Shown here: piece by piece, positions 19,801 to 28,619 of the stretch
How positions within the stretch are numbered: the stretch's first letter is position 1
Layout of the letters: each line of letters begins with the position of its first letter
Assembly: GCA_963806035.1 (NCBI GenBank)
Contig: CAWDWO010000031.1
Coordinates: 1-64,000 of the forward strand
Source of the DNA: Candidatus Krumholzibacteriota bacterium
GTDB taxonomy: Bacteria > Krumholzibacteriota > Krumholzibacteriia > JAJRXK01
DNA length: 64,000 nucleotides
Direction: 5' to 3'
Program-made: the position numbers and the translations under genes
Notes under the pieces: generated by a model
The model's database searches: none
Seen by the model: the letters and a program-made list of their open reading frames with translations, nothing else
What the model was told of the DNA's origin: nothing

Positions 19801-19933
19801 TCTCCATCAAAGGCGCACGCAGCCGTGAGCGGCCGTGGTCTTCACGGGCCGAGAAATAGAGCCGTTCTGCCGCGAGAAAATCCCCCGCCGTGAGACAGCG
19901 GCGCGACTCCTCGAGTTGAGACCAGTAGCTCAT
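13787..19933 (-). CDS. 2048-aa multidomain protein with degenerate DinG-, RecQ- and UvrD-like helicase modules
   Basis: 6.1 kb open frame downstream of leuS; eroded helicase motif series recognised by eye (see findings). Confidence 0.7.
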   Translation of the reverse strand: MSYWSQLEESRRCLTAGDFLAAERLYFSAREDHGRSRLRAPLMEKGVEPLLRGMRRLVKREEPQEEGPAFPAAAERLFKDLQDVAALHENDARARLTDNWETLDLDSTARLGIALNFQRKSKLFHLSPNEHWAAVRAYLSGCLRHAVAVNPDLLDPKVDGGDEGRSWLCELVDDWLPTKADLLQAISTWLLMQLGPLADREGHPLQGQALALRCRILLLDPLGAPAALREGIFALQAVYPPRDPASLLRIVAGLACNEKRLAAAWADESTLNALAPLAKHFGLLWPPQDLVQLLQSRRPEDDTSVLAAVAWEGEPGGRVLLLKQSGCAPVDLVLLRPSDESSKLDDPFALSMTEALAAVDRWLPEDCLVLCGPAPPPWILSLFAERPHLCVGALETVFTSVEAARTRAEPGSRHPIFSQAPDALSEQWSALAHAARELSPRLLSLAGSAALCSDWGLRNLEALGEVGLSLPRRLAQALRTLDVPASSEITELDALGGVARLEWPSLANRPWPGQRLPHIPIELSGSDALIAGHPSSGELMGSALSAAPCTVLSCTEERVLQLAAGLVGQVDARRVGVTPNTIVCPEPVFALLDGWIEESLVDEARSLDVLWLYHQLATTPDGDLTRWLSSNGRPEAREELLARLRECGSCEGTCRLAPSQSCWAEQVATRRRLSRVWLEWTECLERQESEPAGTRRLVCDDLVEIFAGLEDERALRVLDTLMERAAAAETVVAWCQCAPFGDALARELSRGLPEGRSFVPLAEGESRELALHLSPSGYAPGSWVLEQESRALIRSRVQAWNKRSPSARAWIAPAAAMGAWKDVAGNHPLSGTGKGSHEAVVVALLGPPGDLDRVLALLRLSAAASFASKELACVDPRLAELFGDAWSVSPKSTILTDPAPATGGAQLLDKSSNRAVPNWGQPFDLQRIAAVSARLGVARALPEERIRALADAIGPMQRGGRRVLGGAGREDRVVLAWTAAALAEQSRDGGPLAAHFVVWLGQEDPDLFTDAPFEVAVAGQGEHQGQHLASELETGRIHLLIVPPKLLASPHWRSWLAGLRRCLVLFAEADRLLPSHPAHDPNLLATLRAIEFDSSLSCLALADQFDAGAGGPIAALAEELRAQAALIGSTRELEGWSWQRIRLEDPIWSCTHCEREQTLPHLFALCTHCGHALLSTPSDRAKGEQALRKSQVHWLSRQGLKNELLVIVEHERERDALRRDLGIVSQDELAPLLGGTWSVRVVVLKDLWHEEPPAGELIFAKLPRDPGSLRAALARLNARGRHHGTLLFMDHPLMWDGEDQGQLQQRIGELPPLSQLRWKVARAEVEFRAREALGRIERALRARGSRQGRFRRGLGPEGDPRKDARVSQLAAAVEIWRSMASEGLAVEEIQERGSREVVQTLNTLAAAGLSFESEEVCGSSLADLFNDTARREAARAFLGWCVSEGLLQAPEVEPHAAALALPQLKTNEVLHWRDMARSAPTGVPSALAPWPKTPPRQKERPSEAVEFSPSGAWLLGVPGSGRSRALFARTQEDPEAATPLVIVANTTGLLRWAEISRENELPAGRLLVVTMRELVLDFLRCHYELGGFERPPQILAVAPESEDLRRRLIRETSRRYAREAGVSPPVDLMDMRRVVEGGEGVALAAAGSEGLDLALLQRSAAEVRREGGYVLPHELGVLSRRWLVEHPYVGEAWRDRYPRVFVDDLDAILSDEAAFLDRLFPEGFRWAAADPALLPVGSPLRGDTGVRRSHRLPRELARAGEVLLREDLLGRGSIKARSRDKGRLTRQQVLNLEACVHHIESALSGEQWQRQRVGIVITYDGDLPRLASRLREAEIAVWPAAQVMPACVPGPRELLLALALAAKGPNLDPLMAGSLALALLSIAEVSPGERDPAELGEWLGKLFEAGTLKPLDPAEAYLQPLGELARSLERAESLWDAAQLLQSTRLLPRVEKDDAAAARLSAYLDERAAMPWQGVLLGLDPAGLVDPLAKGPRVWLLGAEELSALELDRGFYLCTGHEPAELHYRVLGRIKESLTVLYSERDPFASRL

Positions 19934-19981
19934 GCAATCACGCCCGGCATGAGTTTGCGTGGTGGGTGAATTAGACCGCGA

Positions 19982-22471
19982 CTATCCTACTACGATGTTG
20001 ACGAGTTTGTCAGGGACAACAATGACCTTCCTGACCTCTTTCCCCTCGAGCCACTGGGGAATCCGCCCGTGAGCCTGCGCCCTTTCTTGGAGTTCCTCGC
20101 GGCGCGTTCCCCGCTTCACTTCCATCTCGTCGCGGAGCTTTCCATTGACCTGGATCACGACCGTGACCACGTCGCGCTGGAGCGCGCGCTCATCCCAGCT
20201 GGGCCAGGTCTCATCGAAGACAGTGCGCTTACCGCCGAGCATCTGAAAGAGTTCCTCTCCCAAATGGGGGGCGAAGGGGGCCATCATCTTCACCCAGTCG
20301 AACACGATTTCTTTCGCCTTCGCGCCCCAGGATTCGACCGGCCTGGCTTGCGCATAGGCGTAGAGAGCGTTGGTGAATTCCATATGACGCGAGAGCGCAG
20401 TGTTGAATTGAAAACGATCCAAATCCTGCGTCGCCAACTTTACCGACTGATGGCGCAGGTAGCGTAGTTCTTCGAAGTCCTTCCCCTCGTCCTCTCCCCT
20501 GGCCTCCGCGAGAGCGGCGGCGTGCTCCTCGACGAAACGGAACACCCGGCTGAGATACTTGAACATGCCGTGGATTCCCTTGTCGTCCCAATCCCCTCCG
20601 CGCGTGTACTCGAAACCGAACATCAAGTAGGTCCGGAGCGTGTCGCTGCCGTACTTCTCCAGGTAGGCCTCCGGGTTCACCACGTTGCCGCGGCTCTTGC
20701 TCATGCGCGCTCCGTCGTTCGTGATGACACCTTGATGCACGAGTCTCTGGAAGGGTTCGTCAAACTCGACTTCCGAGAGACGCTGCAGGGCCTTGGCGAT
20801 GAAGCGGGCGTACAGTAGATGCATGGCCGCGTGTTCCGCGCCTCCCACGTACTGGGTCACCGGGACCCACTGCTTCACCAATTCGCGATCGAAGGGAGCT
20901 TCATCGAGATGCGGACTCAGGTAGCGCAGATAGTACCAGCTCGAGTCGACGAAAGTGTCCATGGTGTCCACCTCGCGCTCGGCCTTGCCACCACACTTGG
21001 GACACTTCGTGTGCTTCCAGTGGGGATGCGCGGCCAGGGGACTCTCCCCCGTCGGCTTGAATTCCACGTCCTCGGGTAGCTCCACCGGCAAATCGGCCAA
21101 AGGAACCGGAACTTCGCCGCAGCTGGGGCAGTGCACGATGGGGATGGGCGCGCCCCAGTAGCGCTGGCGGCTGATCAGCCAGTCGCGCAGTCGGTAGTTG
21201 ACCGTGCCTTCGCCCTTCTTCTCCTGCTCGAGCCAGGCGATGACCTTCGCACGCGCCTCGTCGCCCTTTGCGCCGTCAAAGCGTCCGCTCCTGCACATCG
21301 GACCGTCCTGTGTCCATGCGGCCTCGAGGACTTCATCGGCATCCCCGGATTCGGAGAGGATGACGCGCCGGATTTCCAAACCGTAGGCGCGGGCGAAATC
21401 GAAATCCCGCTCGTCGTGGGCGGGAACCGCCATGACCGCGCCCGTTCCGTAGGTGGCGAGCACGTAGTCGGCGACCCATACCGGAATTTTCTCGCCGTTG
21501 ACGGGATTGATCGCGAAAGCTCCGGAGAAGACGCCTGTCTTCTGCCTCGCCAGGCTGGTGCGGTCGATCTCATTGAGCTTGGCGGCTTCGCGTACGTACT
21601 CCGCCACCGCGCTTCGCTGTGCTTCCGAGACGATACGATCGACCAGGGGATGCTCCGGTGCGAGCACCAAATAGGTGACGCCGAACACGGTATCGGGGCG
21701 GGTGGTGAATACGCTGAGATCGAGTTCTACCCCCTGGGAGCTGGAGGAGTCTCCGGGCTCGATCTGAAAGTGGATCAATGCGCCCTCGCTGCGGCCAATC
21801 CAGTTTCTTTGCATCGCGACGGTCTTGTGCGGCCACTCGATGCGATCGAGGCCCTCCAGTAACTCGTCGGCGAATTTGGTGATCGAAAAGAACCACTGGG
21901 TGAGCTCGCGTTGACGCACTTCGTTGTCGCAGCGTTCGCAGAGCCCGCCCGATACCTGCTCGTTCGCGAGCACGGTCTGACAGTGATCGCACCAGTTGAC
22001 CGGTGCCTTGCCCCGGTAGGCGTAGCCGCCCTCATAGAGGCGCAGGAAGAGCCACTGCGTCCACTTGTAATATTCGGGAGTATGGGTCTGAATCTCGTAC
22101 TTCCAGTCGTACATCGCCCCGAGCACCTTCAGTTGCTCCTGCATGAAGCTGATGTTCTCCTCGGTGTGAATTCTCGGATGCACGTTGCTCTTGATGGCGT
22201 AGTTCTCGGCCGGCAAACCGAATGAATCGAAACCCATCGGTTGGAACACCTTGTCACCGCGCATGCGCCTGTAGCGAGCCCAGGTGTCGGTGGGGCCGTA
22301 ATTGAACCAGTGTCCCAGGTGCAGCTTGTTGCCCGAGGGATAGGAGAACATGACGAGGCAGTAGCAGTGAGGTCGCTCGTCGGCTTCCTTCAGCTTGGAA
22401 TCGTGATTTCCCGACTCTTCCCACTGGCGGCGCCATTTGGGTTCGATTTGGTGCGGATGATAACCCGCCAT
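19982..22471 (-). CDS. leuS: leucine--tRNA ligase
   Basis: MFSYPSG-LHLGH, FTTRPDT, SRQRYWG, DTMDTFVDSSWY, RMSKS. Confidence 0.98.
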   Translation of the reverse strand: MAGYHPHQIEPKWRRQWEESGNHDSKLKEADERPHCYCLVMFSYPSGNKLHLGHWFNYGPTDTWARYRRMRGDKVFQPMGFDSFGLPAENYAIKSNVHPRIHTEENISFMQEQLKVLGAMYDWKYEIQTHTPEYYKWTQWLFLRLYEGGYAYRGKAPVNWCDHCQTVLANEQVSGGLCERCDNEVRQRELTQWFFSITKFADELLEGLDRIEWPHKTVAMQRNWIGRSEGALIHFQIEPGDSSSSQGVELDLSVFTTRPDTVFGVTYLVLAPEHPLVDRIVSEAQRSAVAEYVREAAKLNEIDRTSLARQKTGVFSGAFAINPVNGEKIPVWVADYVLATYGTGAVMAVPAHDERDFDFARAYGLEIRRVILSESGDADEVLEAAWTQDGPMCRSGRFDGAKGDEARAKVIAWLEQEKKGEGTVNYRLRDWLISRQRYWGAPIPIVHCPSCGEVPVPLADLPVELPEDVEFKPTGESPLAAHPHWKHTKCPKCGGKAEREVDTMDTFVDSSWYYLRYLSPHLDEAPFDRELVKQWVPVTQYVGGAEHAAMHLLYARFIAKALQRLSEVEFDEPFQRLVHQGVITNDGARMSKSRGNVVNPEAYLEKYGSDTLRTYLMFGFEYTRGGDWDDKGIHGMFKYLSRVFRFVEEHAAALAEARGEDEGKDFEELRYLRHQSVKLATQDLDRFQFNTALSRHMEFTNALYAYAQARPVESWGAKAKEIVFDWVKMMAPFAPHLGEELFQMLGGKRTVFDETWPSWDERALQRDVVTVVIQVNGKLRDEMEVKRGTRREELQERAQAHGRIPQWLEGKEVRKVIVVPDKLVNIVVG

Positions 22472-22785
22472 GGCTTTTCTCGCTTCCGGCTCTGATGGGC
22501 GTCTTCAGCGTCCCGGCGACGTCCTTTGGGGACCCAAGGTGCGCTTGCCGTGCTCAGCCCTCGAAATTGGCTCGTGAAGTGATGAAATGTAGCGCATCGT
22601 CACCAGCGCGGCCAAAGGAAAAGGAATCGAGCGCTGCGCGAAGGAGCCCGTTCAGAGCCGCTTCGGCCGGGACCTTGCATGGGAAGGCAAAGCAGGCCAG
22701 GATAGTGGCTGTTTCTGTTAGGCTACGATATCCTGCAGCGCGGCTCTCCACGCGGAACTCATCCACCATCGTGCTCGAGGTGTTC

Positions 22786-23676
22786 ATGGGGACGAAAACG
22801 CGATCAGATGCGCTGGATTTCGGCCTGGCGCTCTCCGGTGGAACCGCGAAGGTTCTGGCCCACATCGGCGTCCTCCTGGCATTCGAAGAGGAGAATTTGC
22901 GCCCGCGCGTTCTCTCCGGCACCAGCGGAGGCAGCGTGATCGCGGTAGCCTACGCCGCGGGACTCTCACCGCGGGAGTTGGCGGAGCGCGCCAAGATCCT
23001 CAACTGGCGCAAGCTCGCGGCAGTCGGCCTGCCCCGGCTCGGTCTGCTCTCCAGTCGACCCATCGAAGAGTTCGTGGTGGACCTTCTGGGCGACATTCGC
23101 TTCGAGGATCTCGACCCGCCGGTCCTGGTGGTCACCACCAATTTGCTGACCGGAGCGAAGACGGTCTTCCGCCAGGGGCGCGTGGCGCCGGTGGTGCGTG
23201 CTTCCTGCAGCATTCCGCAGATCTTCGCCCCGGTGGAAATCGATGGAGGCCTTTACACCGACGGCGGAGTCATCGAATACATGCCCATCGAGACTCTGCT
23301 CACCGCGCAGGCCGCGGTCAACGTCGGGGTCAACCTCGGGGCCTACCGGAATTACAGTCAGGCGCCCAAGAATTTGCTGGGGATGATGCTGCGCGTCACC
23401 AGCCTCGTTGCTTCTCGCAACGCACGCGCATCGGGAAGACTCGCGGATCTGGTACTGCGACCGGATCTCTCGCAATTCGGTGGATTCGATCTCGGTGCGG
23501 CCGAAGAGATGATCGAGGTGGGATATCACTGCGCGAAGGAGGCAGCTCCGCGCATCAAAGAACTCATCGAGGAGCGCTCCAGCCTGCTGGGACGCGTCAA
23601 ACGAAAGCTCAAGGCAGGGGTCGACCACACCCTGGGCCCGGACCCGCTCAACGCACCAGAGTCACCGAGCGACTGA
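22786..23676 (+). CDS. patatin-like phospholipase (RssA-like)
   Basis: LSGGTAK, GTSGG nucleophile, DGG; GAGG RBS before ATG 22786. Confidence 0.9.
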   Translation: MGTKTRSDALDFGLALSGGTAKVLAHIGVLLAFEEENLRPRVLSGTSGGSVIAVAYAAGLSPRELAERAKILNWRKLAAVGLPRLGLLSSRPIEEFVVDLLGDIRFEDLDPPVLVVTTNLLTGAKTVFRQGRVAPVVRASCSIPQIFAPVEIDGGLYTDGGVIEYMPIETLLTAQAAVNVGVNLGAYRNYSQAPKNLLGMMLRVTSLVASRNARASGRLADLVLRPDLSQFGGFDLGAAEEMIEVGYHCAKEAAPRIKELIEERSSLLGRVKRKLKAGVDHTLGPDPLNAPESPSD

Positions 23677-26600
23677 CGAGCCTTCCGTCCATTTCGGCCA
23701 CGACCCGGTACACACCGCTGGCCAGACCGCGGCCCTCGTGGTCAGTGGCTTCGAGCACTTCTTGGTGCATCACCCCCGCCTCGAGACGACAACCCCAATC
23801 CTTCAGACGCCGCCCCTTTGCGTCCACCAGGAAGAGCCGCACCCAACCCGATCGCTCACTGCTCAGCTGAATCTGCGTGCGTGGATTGAAAGGATTGGGT
23901 AGTACGCGCAATTCGAGTGGGGTGCGCCGGGAGGGCGCGACGGCCGTGGTGATCTTGGGCTGATCGCCGCACTCGTAGCAGGCACTTCTCCTGGCGCCGT
24001 TGCGCGGAGTGCTCCAGTAGCTTTCGGGCGAAGTCACGGCTTCACCCTCGTGCAGGTAAACGCGAAAGCCCCGATCCACCAGCATCTCGGCGTAGCCGTC
24101 GCCGTTGAGATCACTGATGACCGGTGCGAGCTTCCACGCGATCACCGGTAACTTCTGCGCTTTGGACTCGTCGACGGGATGCGAGCTGGCCAGGTCCCAC
24201 TGCAAACGGGGATCGACCACTCCCTGTTGGTAAGCCACGATTCGACGCGTGCTGCCGTAACGCAATTCGTTCAACTGTTGCGTGTCCCGTTCGCGCCACG
24301 AGAGCTGCAGAGTGTAGTAGAGTTCGGGTCCTCCCGAAGCCACCATGTCACCCACGGACACCGGGGAGAGATCGCTTCTGAGCACTTCGAAGCTGGAATC
24401 ACGAAACACCGGACCCGTGAGTTCGACCCTTGCCAGGGGAGTATCCCGGCCCGCGAGATCCACCTGGTGGACTCGGCTGAAAACTCTGCCGTCGCTTGCC
24501 TCCACCAGTACCGCGCACAGGACCGAGGAGCTGGTAGTCTGCACCCGCGACACCACGGGATTGGAGAGGGCCAGCACTTTGCCCTCCTCGGAGAGCTGCG
24601 CGGGAAAGCCCGCGAGCGCGGATCCGTTGGGCGAGATTCCCAAGATCCTGGCGCTACCGTCGGCCCGCAGCTCGCCCACGAAAACCGCGGGTTCGCTTCC
24701 TCCGCCGTAGATCACCGGCGGACTGAGCTTCGCGCTGGGATCCTCCACCACTGGCCAGCCGTTCACGGGGCTTCCATCCATGGTTCTGGCGTGGATCGTA
24801 GAGGCCACGCTGATGACGATCTCCTCGCTCCCATCCCCGTTCAGATCCCCCAAGGCGAGCTCTCCCTTGCTCGCCCCACCCAAGAGCCAGCGGTCCACGA
24901 TTCCGCCGGCCGGATCGAGGATGATGGCCCCCTCGGTGGTCCCCAGTACGATGCGTGACTGCGCTCCCGTTCCCCACACCGAGGGCGCACTCAGGGGGAG
25001 GGCTGGCGTGGCCTCGGCCTGCGCGGTGAAATCACCCGCGAGGTTCAGGGTGTAGACCGACCCGAATTGTGATCCGATCACGATCTGAGGCCCTGAACCG
25101 AGGTCCGCGATCGCGGCCCCGGTCAGCTGCCCCGCGCGCGTGGAAGCCGTGAAGAAGTCGCGCGGGAAGGGAGCGCGCGGCCGCCCATTGGCGGAGTTCA
25201 TCGAGATCAAATGACCCGTGTCGAGAATCGCGACGTTGTAGGTCAGGAAGATCTCCTCGGCTCCGTCGCCGTCGGCATCGTAGGGCATGGGCCTGCTCGC
25301 GGCCTGGTCCGAGAGCAGAATCGGCCAGGCCGTGTCGCCGAGAAAATTCACGATGGTCTTCAAGCGCCCCTGGCCCTCGCCCGAGATGCGTTTGACCACC
25401 ACCAGATAATTGGATGTGGAGAGACCACTCAGGTCCAGAGTCTCGAGCGCTCCGAGCCCCGCGGTGCAGGAGCTGGCCACGAGTTCATATCCGTCGAGAT
25501 CTTCGCGGTAGAGCAGGAGATCGAAATCGGCCGATCCGGGAACGGTGAGTTCCATGCGAAGATTGTCGGCCGCCGAAACCGGCATGCGCGCAGACCACAC
25601 CGCTGATGAATTCACGGGTGAACCCAGAACGAAGCTCTCCTCCTCGCCGGGCCAGAACGAGCGTCTCACCGCGTTGACCGCGGCATCCACTTGAAGCAAT
25701 CCGAAGCCCTCGATGGGATCGTGTCCCCCGCGATCGAGTGGAGGCGTGGCAGCCGCCCCGGGCTCCGCGGATTGAGTTTCCACCGCGGTGGCGCGCAAGA
25801 GTTCTTGGAGCCACTGAGTCTGCGACCGCTCGTAACGCCAGGGCCGGCCGCTCTCCCGCAGAGCTTGCGAGACGAGGCTCACGGCTCCCGCCACGTGAGC
25901 CGCGGCGATGCTCGTGCCCACGCGGCCACGATAGCTGTCATCGGGCTCGTTGTCGTCGCACACGATGGGTCCGGTCAGAGGATCACTGCCACCCCCCGGC
26001 GCCACCAAATCGGGACGAAGATCGAGCGAGGAGCCGGGAGTGTTGTACGCGGCAACTCGTCCGTCGGCGTCGGTGGCGGACACGCAGATCACTCCGTCCA
26101 GCCGGGCCGGCCAACCCATGCTCGCGTTGCGATCGTTCCCGGCGGGTGCGATCACCGCGACACCAGCATCGAGAAGCGCGTTCACCGCGTCGGAGATTCC
26201 CAAATCCTCATCCCATACCGCTCCGATCAGGCAGGCGTGGATGTGATGCGTTTGCACGTGATCCAGAACCCACTGGATCCCCAGCAGTAAATCGCTGGCC
26301 CAGACCTCCCAGCGACCCTCGAAGTTGTAGGTCTTGACCACCACGAAGCGCCCCGCCGGCGCCACGCCCCGGTGCTCGTCCGCGTTGCGTCCCGAAGCAA
26401 AGGCCGCGCTGGCCAGCGCCGTTCCGTGATAGTGATAATCGTAGGGCCCATCCGAGCCGCTGACGTCGTTGGTGACATCGTGCCAACCGACGATACGGAT
26501 CCGCGTGTCGGCGCTCATCCCGGCCGAAGCATCGCTCCAATCGTCCGCGTCCCCCGCGTGGAGCAGAGGATTGTCGGCGTTGTCGTAGTCCACGTCCCCC

Positions 26601-27070
26601 AGGTTGTCGCAGGCCGCGTCGCAGCCGCTGTCCAGGATGGCCACGGTGGATCCCATGTCGCCGCGGAGATCGAGCTGATCCCACACGCGGGGGCGCGCTC
26701 CCACCAGGGCGGTCGTTCGCGAGAGAGCGGGAGTCCCGCTGCGATCGCGCACCAGGGTGCCCAGCGAGCCCCAGCTCGTCTCCACGGATTGCAGGCTGTC
26801 GGAGTCCGCCTCGAGAATCCACTGTCCGCTGAGTCGCGAGAGCTTCCCCTTCAGCTCGACGCTGCTCGACTGCTTCAGGCGCGCGTCGGCCAACACCGGA
26901 TCGAAAGGAGTGAAAAACCAGCGCACGCGCCAGGGGGTCGCGGACTTGGCATCCTGGCTGGGCCAGGCTCCCCGGTCCGCGTCAGGAGGTCGATCGTCGG
27001 CATGCGCGACAACGCTCATGAGAGCAAGTCCCACAAGCACGAGCACCAGGCTGAACGAGGATCTCGTCAT
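23648..27070 (-). CDS. secreted S8 subtilase with PPC, FG-GAP-like repeats and FlgD-Ig-like C-terminal domain
   Basis: Signal peptide; LDSG, HGT, AGN, GTSIAA; DADGDG/DLNGDG repeats; PNPFNPRTQI...LASGVY. Confidence 0.88.
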   Translation of the reverse strand: MTRSSFSLVLVLVGLALMSVVAHADDRPPDADRGAWPSQDAKSATPWRVRWFFTPFDPVLADARLKQSSSVELKGKLSRLSGQWILEADSDSLQSVETSWGSLGTLVRDRSGTPALSRTTALVGARPRVWDQLDLRGDMGSTVAILDSGCDAACDNLGDVDYDNADNPLLHAGDADDWSDASAGMSADTRIRIVGWHDVTNDVSGSDGPYDYHYHGTALASAAFASGRNADEHRGVAPAGRFVVVKTYNFEGRWEVWASDLLLGIQWVLDHVQTHHIHACLIGAVWDEDLGISDAVNALLDAGVAVIAPAGNDRNASMGWPARLDGVICVSATDADGRVAAYNTPGSSLDLRPDLVAPGGGSDPLTGPIVCDDNEPDDSYRGRVGTSIAAAHVAGAVSLVSQALRESGRPWRYERSQTQWLQELLRATAVETQSAEPGAAATPPLDRGGHDPIEGFGLLQVDAAVNAVRRSFWPGEEESFVLGSPVNSSAVWSARMPVSAADNLRMELTVPGSADFDLLLYREDLDGYELVASSCTAGLGALETLDLSGLSTSNYLVVVKRISGEGQGRLKTIVNFLGDTAWPILLSDQAASRPMPYDADGDGAEEIFLTYNVAILDTGHLISMNSANGRPRAPFPRDFFTASTRAGQLTGAAIADLGSGPQIVIGSQFGSVYTLNLAGDFTAQAEATPALPLSAPSVWGTGAQSRIVLGTTEGAIILDPAGGIVDRWLLGGASKGELALGDLNGDGSEEIVISVASTIHARTMDGSPVNGWPVVEDPSAKLSPPVIYGGGSEPAVFVGELRADGSARILGISPNGSALAGFPAQLSEEGKVLALSNPVVSRVQTTSSSVLCAVLVEASDGRVFSRVHQVDLAGRDTPLARVELTGPVFRDSSFEVLRSDLSPVSVGDMVASGGPELYYTLQLSWRERDTQQLNELRYGSTRRIVAYQQGVVDPRLQWDLASSHPVDESKAQKLPVIAWKLAPVISDLNGDGYAEMLVDRGFRVYLHEGEAVTSPESYWSTPRNGARRSACYECGDQPKITTAVAPSRRTPLELRVLPNPFNPRTQIQLSSERSGWVRLFLVDAKGRRLKDWGCRLEAGVMHQEVLEATDHEGRGLASGVYRVVAEMDGRLVSRSVTLVR

Positions 27071-27143
27071 GGCTCCCGCTGGGTCGAAGGGAAGAGCGAT
27101 CCCCTACAAACTACCCCCTGAAGCTCCGAAAGAGCAACGGGGG

Positions 27144-27518
27144 TCAGATCCGTACCCCACGGAGGTGCCTGAGTCGGCAACCGGAGTCCTCGAGGTCGAT
27201 CGCGACCACATCGAAGCGCAGCTGGCGCCCGGTCCAGCGAAGGTCCTCTCTGTGGCGCAGAAGATGGCGGGCGCATTGGCGCAGACGCGCCCGTTTGCCC
27301 GGACCGATGGAGGCCGCCGCCGTGCTCCATGAAGCGGCGCCACGCAGTCGCACTTCCACGAACACGAGGGTGTTCTCGTCGCGGGCCAGAAGATCGATCT
27401 CCCCTCCCGCGCCTCTCCGGTTGGCGTCCAGAATCGACAGACCGCCCAAGCGCAGGTAGAGAGCCGCCATCTCTTGGGCGAGCGCTCCCCGACTCACGGC
27501 CTCTTGCTGGCCTCTCAT
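27144..27518 (-). CDS. yraN: YraN/UPF0102 family protein
   Basis: GEIDLL, LVFVEVR, RFDVV; next to rnhB. Confidence 0.88.
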   Translation of the reverse strand: MRGQQEAVSRGALAQEMAALYLRLGGLSILDANRRGAGGEIDLLARDENTLVFVEVRLRGAASWSTAAASIGPGKRARLRQCARHLLRHREDLRWTGRQLRFDVVAIDLEDSGCRLRHLRGVRI

Positions 27519-27597
27519 GTTTTGCTCCAGGGGGAGGACGCGCGGCGGAGGCTTCGTTCAAGTTCGAAGCGTGACTCTCTGGCGGCAAGCGCAGGGA

Positions 27598-28236
27598 TCA
27601 GACGCTTCCCCGCAGCTTTTCTGGCAGGGTGGCGCGCACGGGAGCGAAGCTGCGGCGATGGAGGGGGCAGGGGCCTACGCTGAGGAGGGCCTGCCGGTGT
27701 TGGGCCGTGGGATAACCCACGTGGCGATCGAAACCATAGGCAGGATAACGACGATGCCAGCTGTGCATGATGCGGTCGCGCAGCACCTTGGCCACGATGC
27801 TCGCCGCCGCGATGCAGAGGCTTCTCCCGTCGCCCTTCACCAGGGCGATCGCCGCATCAGGGGCGTTCGGAGGCAATCGGTTTCCGTCGATCAGAACGAG
27901 CTCGGGAGGAGGATCGAGACGCCGGATGGCCCGCTCCATTCCCAAAAGCGAGGCCCCGAGCACGTTGTGCGCATCAACTTCCGCGGCAGAGACCGCGACG
28001 GCGCTCCACTGCAGACAGCCCTGCACGATGCGCGCGAACGCGCGCTCCCGGGCCAGAGCGCTCAGGCGCTTGGAATCATCGACTCCCTCGATCTCCACCC
28101 CGAAGGGGAGCACGACCGTGGCGACCACCACCGGACCGGCCAGACACCCCCGCCCCACTTCGTCCACGCCGGCCAGACGACGCACGCCCGCGCTCCGCGC
28201 GAGCCTTCGATCGAAGCGAGTGAGTCGAGAGTTCAA
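27598..28236 (-). CDS. rnhB: ribonuclease HII
   Basis: GVDEVGRGCLAGPV, DSKRL, IDGN, KGD, AASIVAKV. Confidence 0.96.
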   Translation of the reverse strand: MNSRLTRFDRRLARSAGVRRLAGVDEVGRGCLAGPVVVATVVLPFGVEIEGVDDSKRLSALARERAFARIVQGCLQWSAVAVSAAEVDAHNVLGASLLGMERAIRRLDPPPELVLIDGNRLPPNAPDAAIALVKGDGRSLCIAAASIVAKVLRDRIMHSWHRRYPAYGFDRHVGYPTAQHRQALLSVGPCPLHRRSFAPVRATLPEKLRGSV

Positions 28237-28607
28237 TTCTCCGCCTGGTCGGTGTCCTTCTTGTAATTTCGCTTCTCGGCGATACGGGCCGACTTTCCGA
28301 TGCGGCTCTTCAGGTAGTTCAACTTCGACTGCCGCACCTGGCCCCGCTTCACCAGCTCGATCTTCTGCACGCTGGGGCTGTGCAAGGGAAACACGCGCTC
28401 AACCGGGATACCCGAACTCACCTTGCGAATGGTGAAGCTCTCCTCGATTCCCGTGCCGCTCTTGGCCAGAACGATCCCCTGGAAGAGCTGCGTGCGCGTC
28501 TTCTGCCCCTCTTGCACGCGAACGTGGACTTTCAGAGTATCGCCCACGGAGAAGCGGGGAAGCTCAGTATTGAGACCCTGCCTGCGAATCGCGTCCATGA
28601 TGTTCAC
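28233..28607 (-). CDS. rplS: 50S ribosomal protein L19
   Basis: GDTLKVH, RKVSSG, VERVFPLHSP. Confidence 0.97.
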   Translation of the reverse strand: MNIMDAIRRQGLNTELPRFSVGDTLKVHVRVQEGQKTRTQLFQGIVLAKSGTGIEESFTIRKVSSGIPVERVFPLHSPSVQKIELVKRGQVRQSKLNYLKSRIGKSARIAEKRNYKKDTDQAEN

Positions 28608-28619
28608 TTTCCTAACCTC

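Noticed and set aside
13787..19933. Pseudogene call for the giant helicase-like ORF
   Set aside because: No stops or frameshifts over 6.1 kb and motif order is preserved
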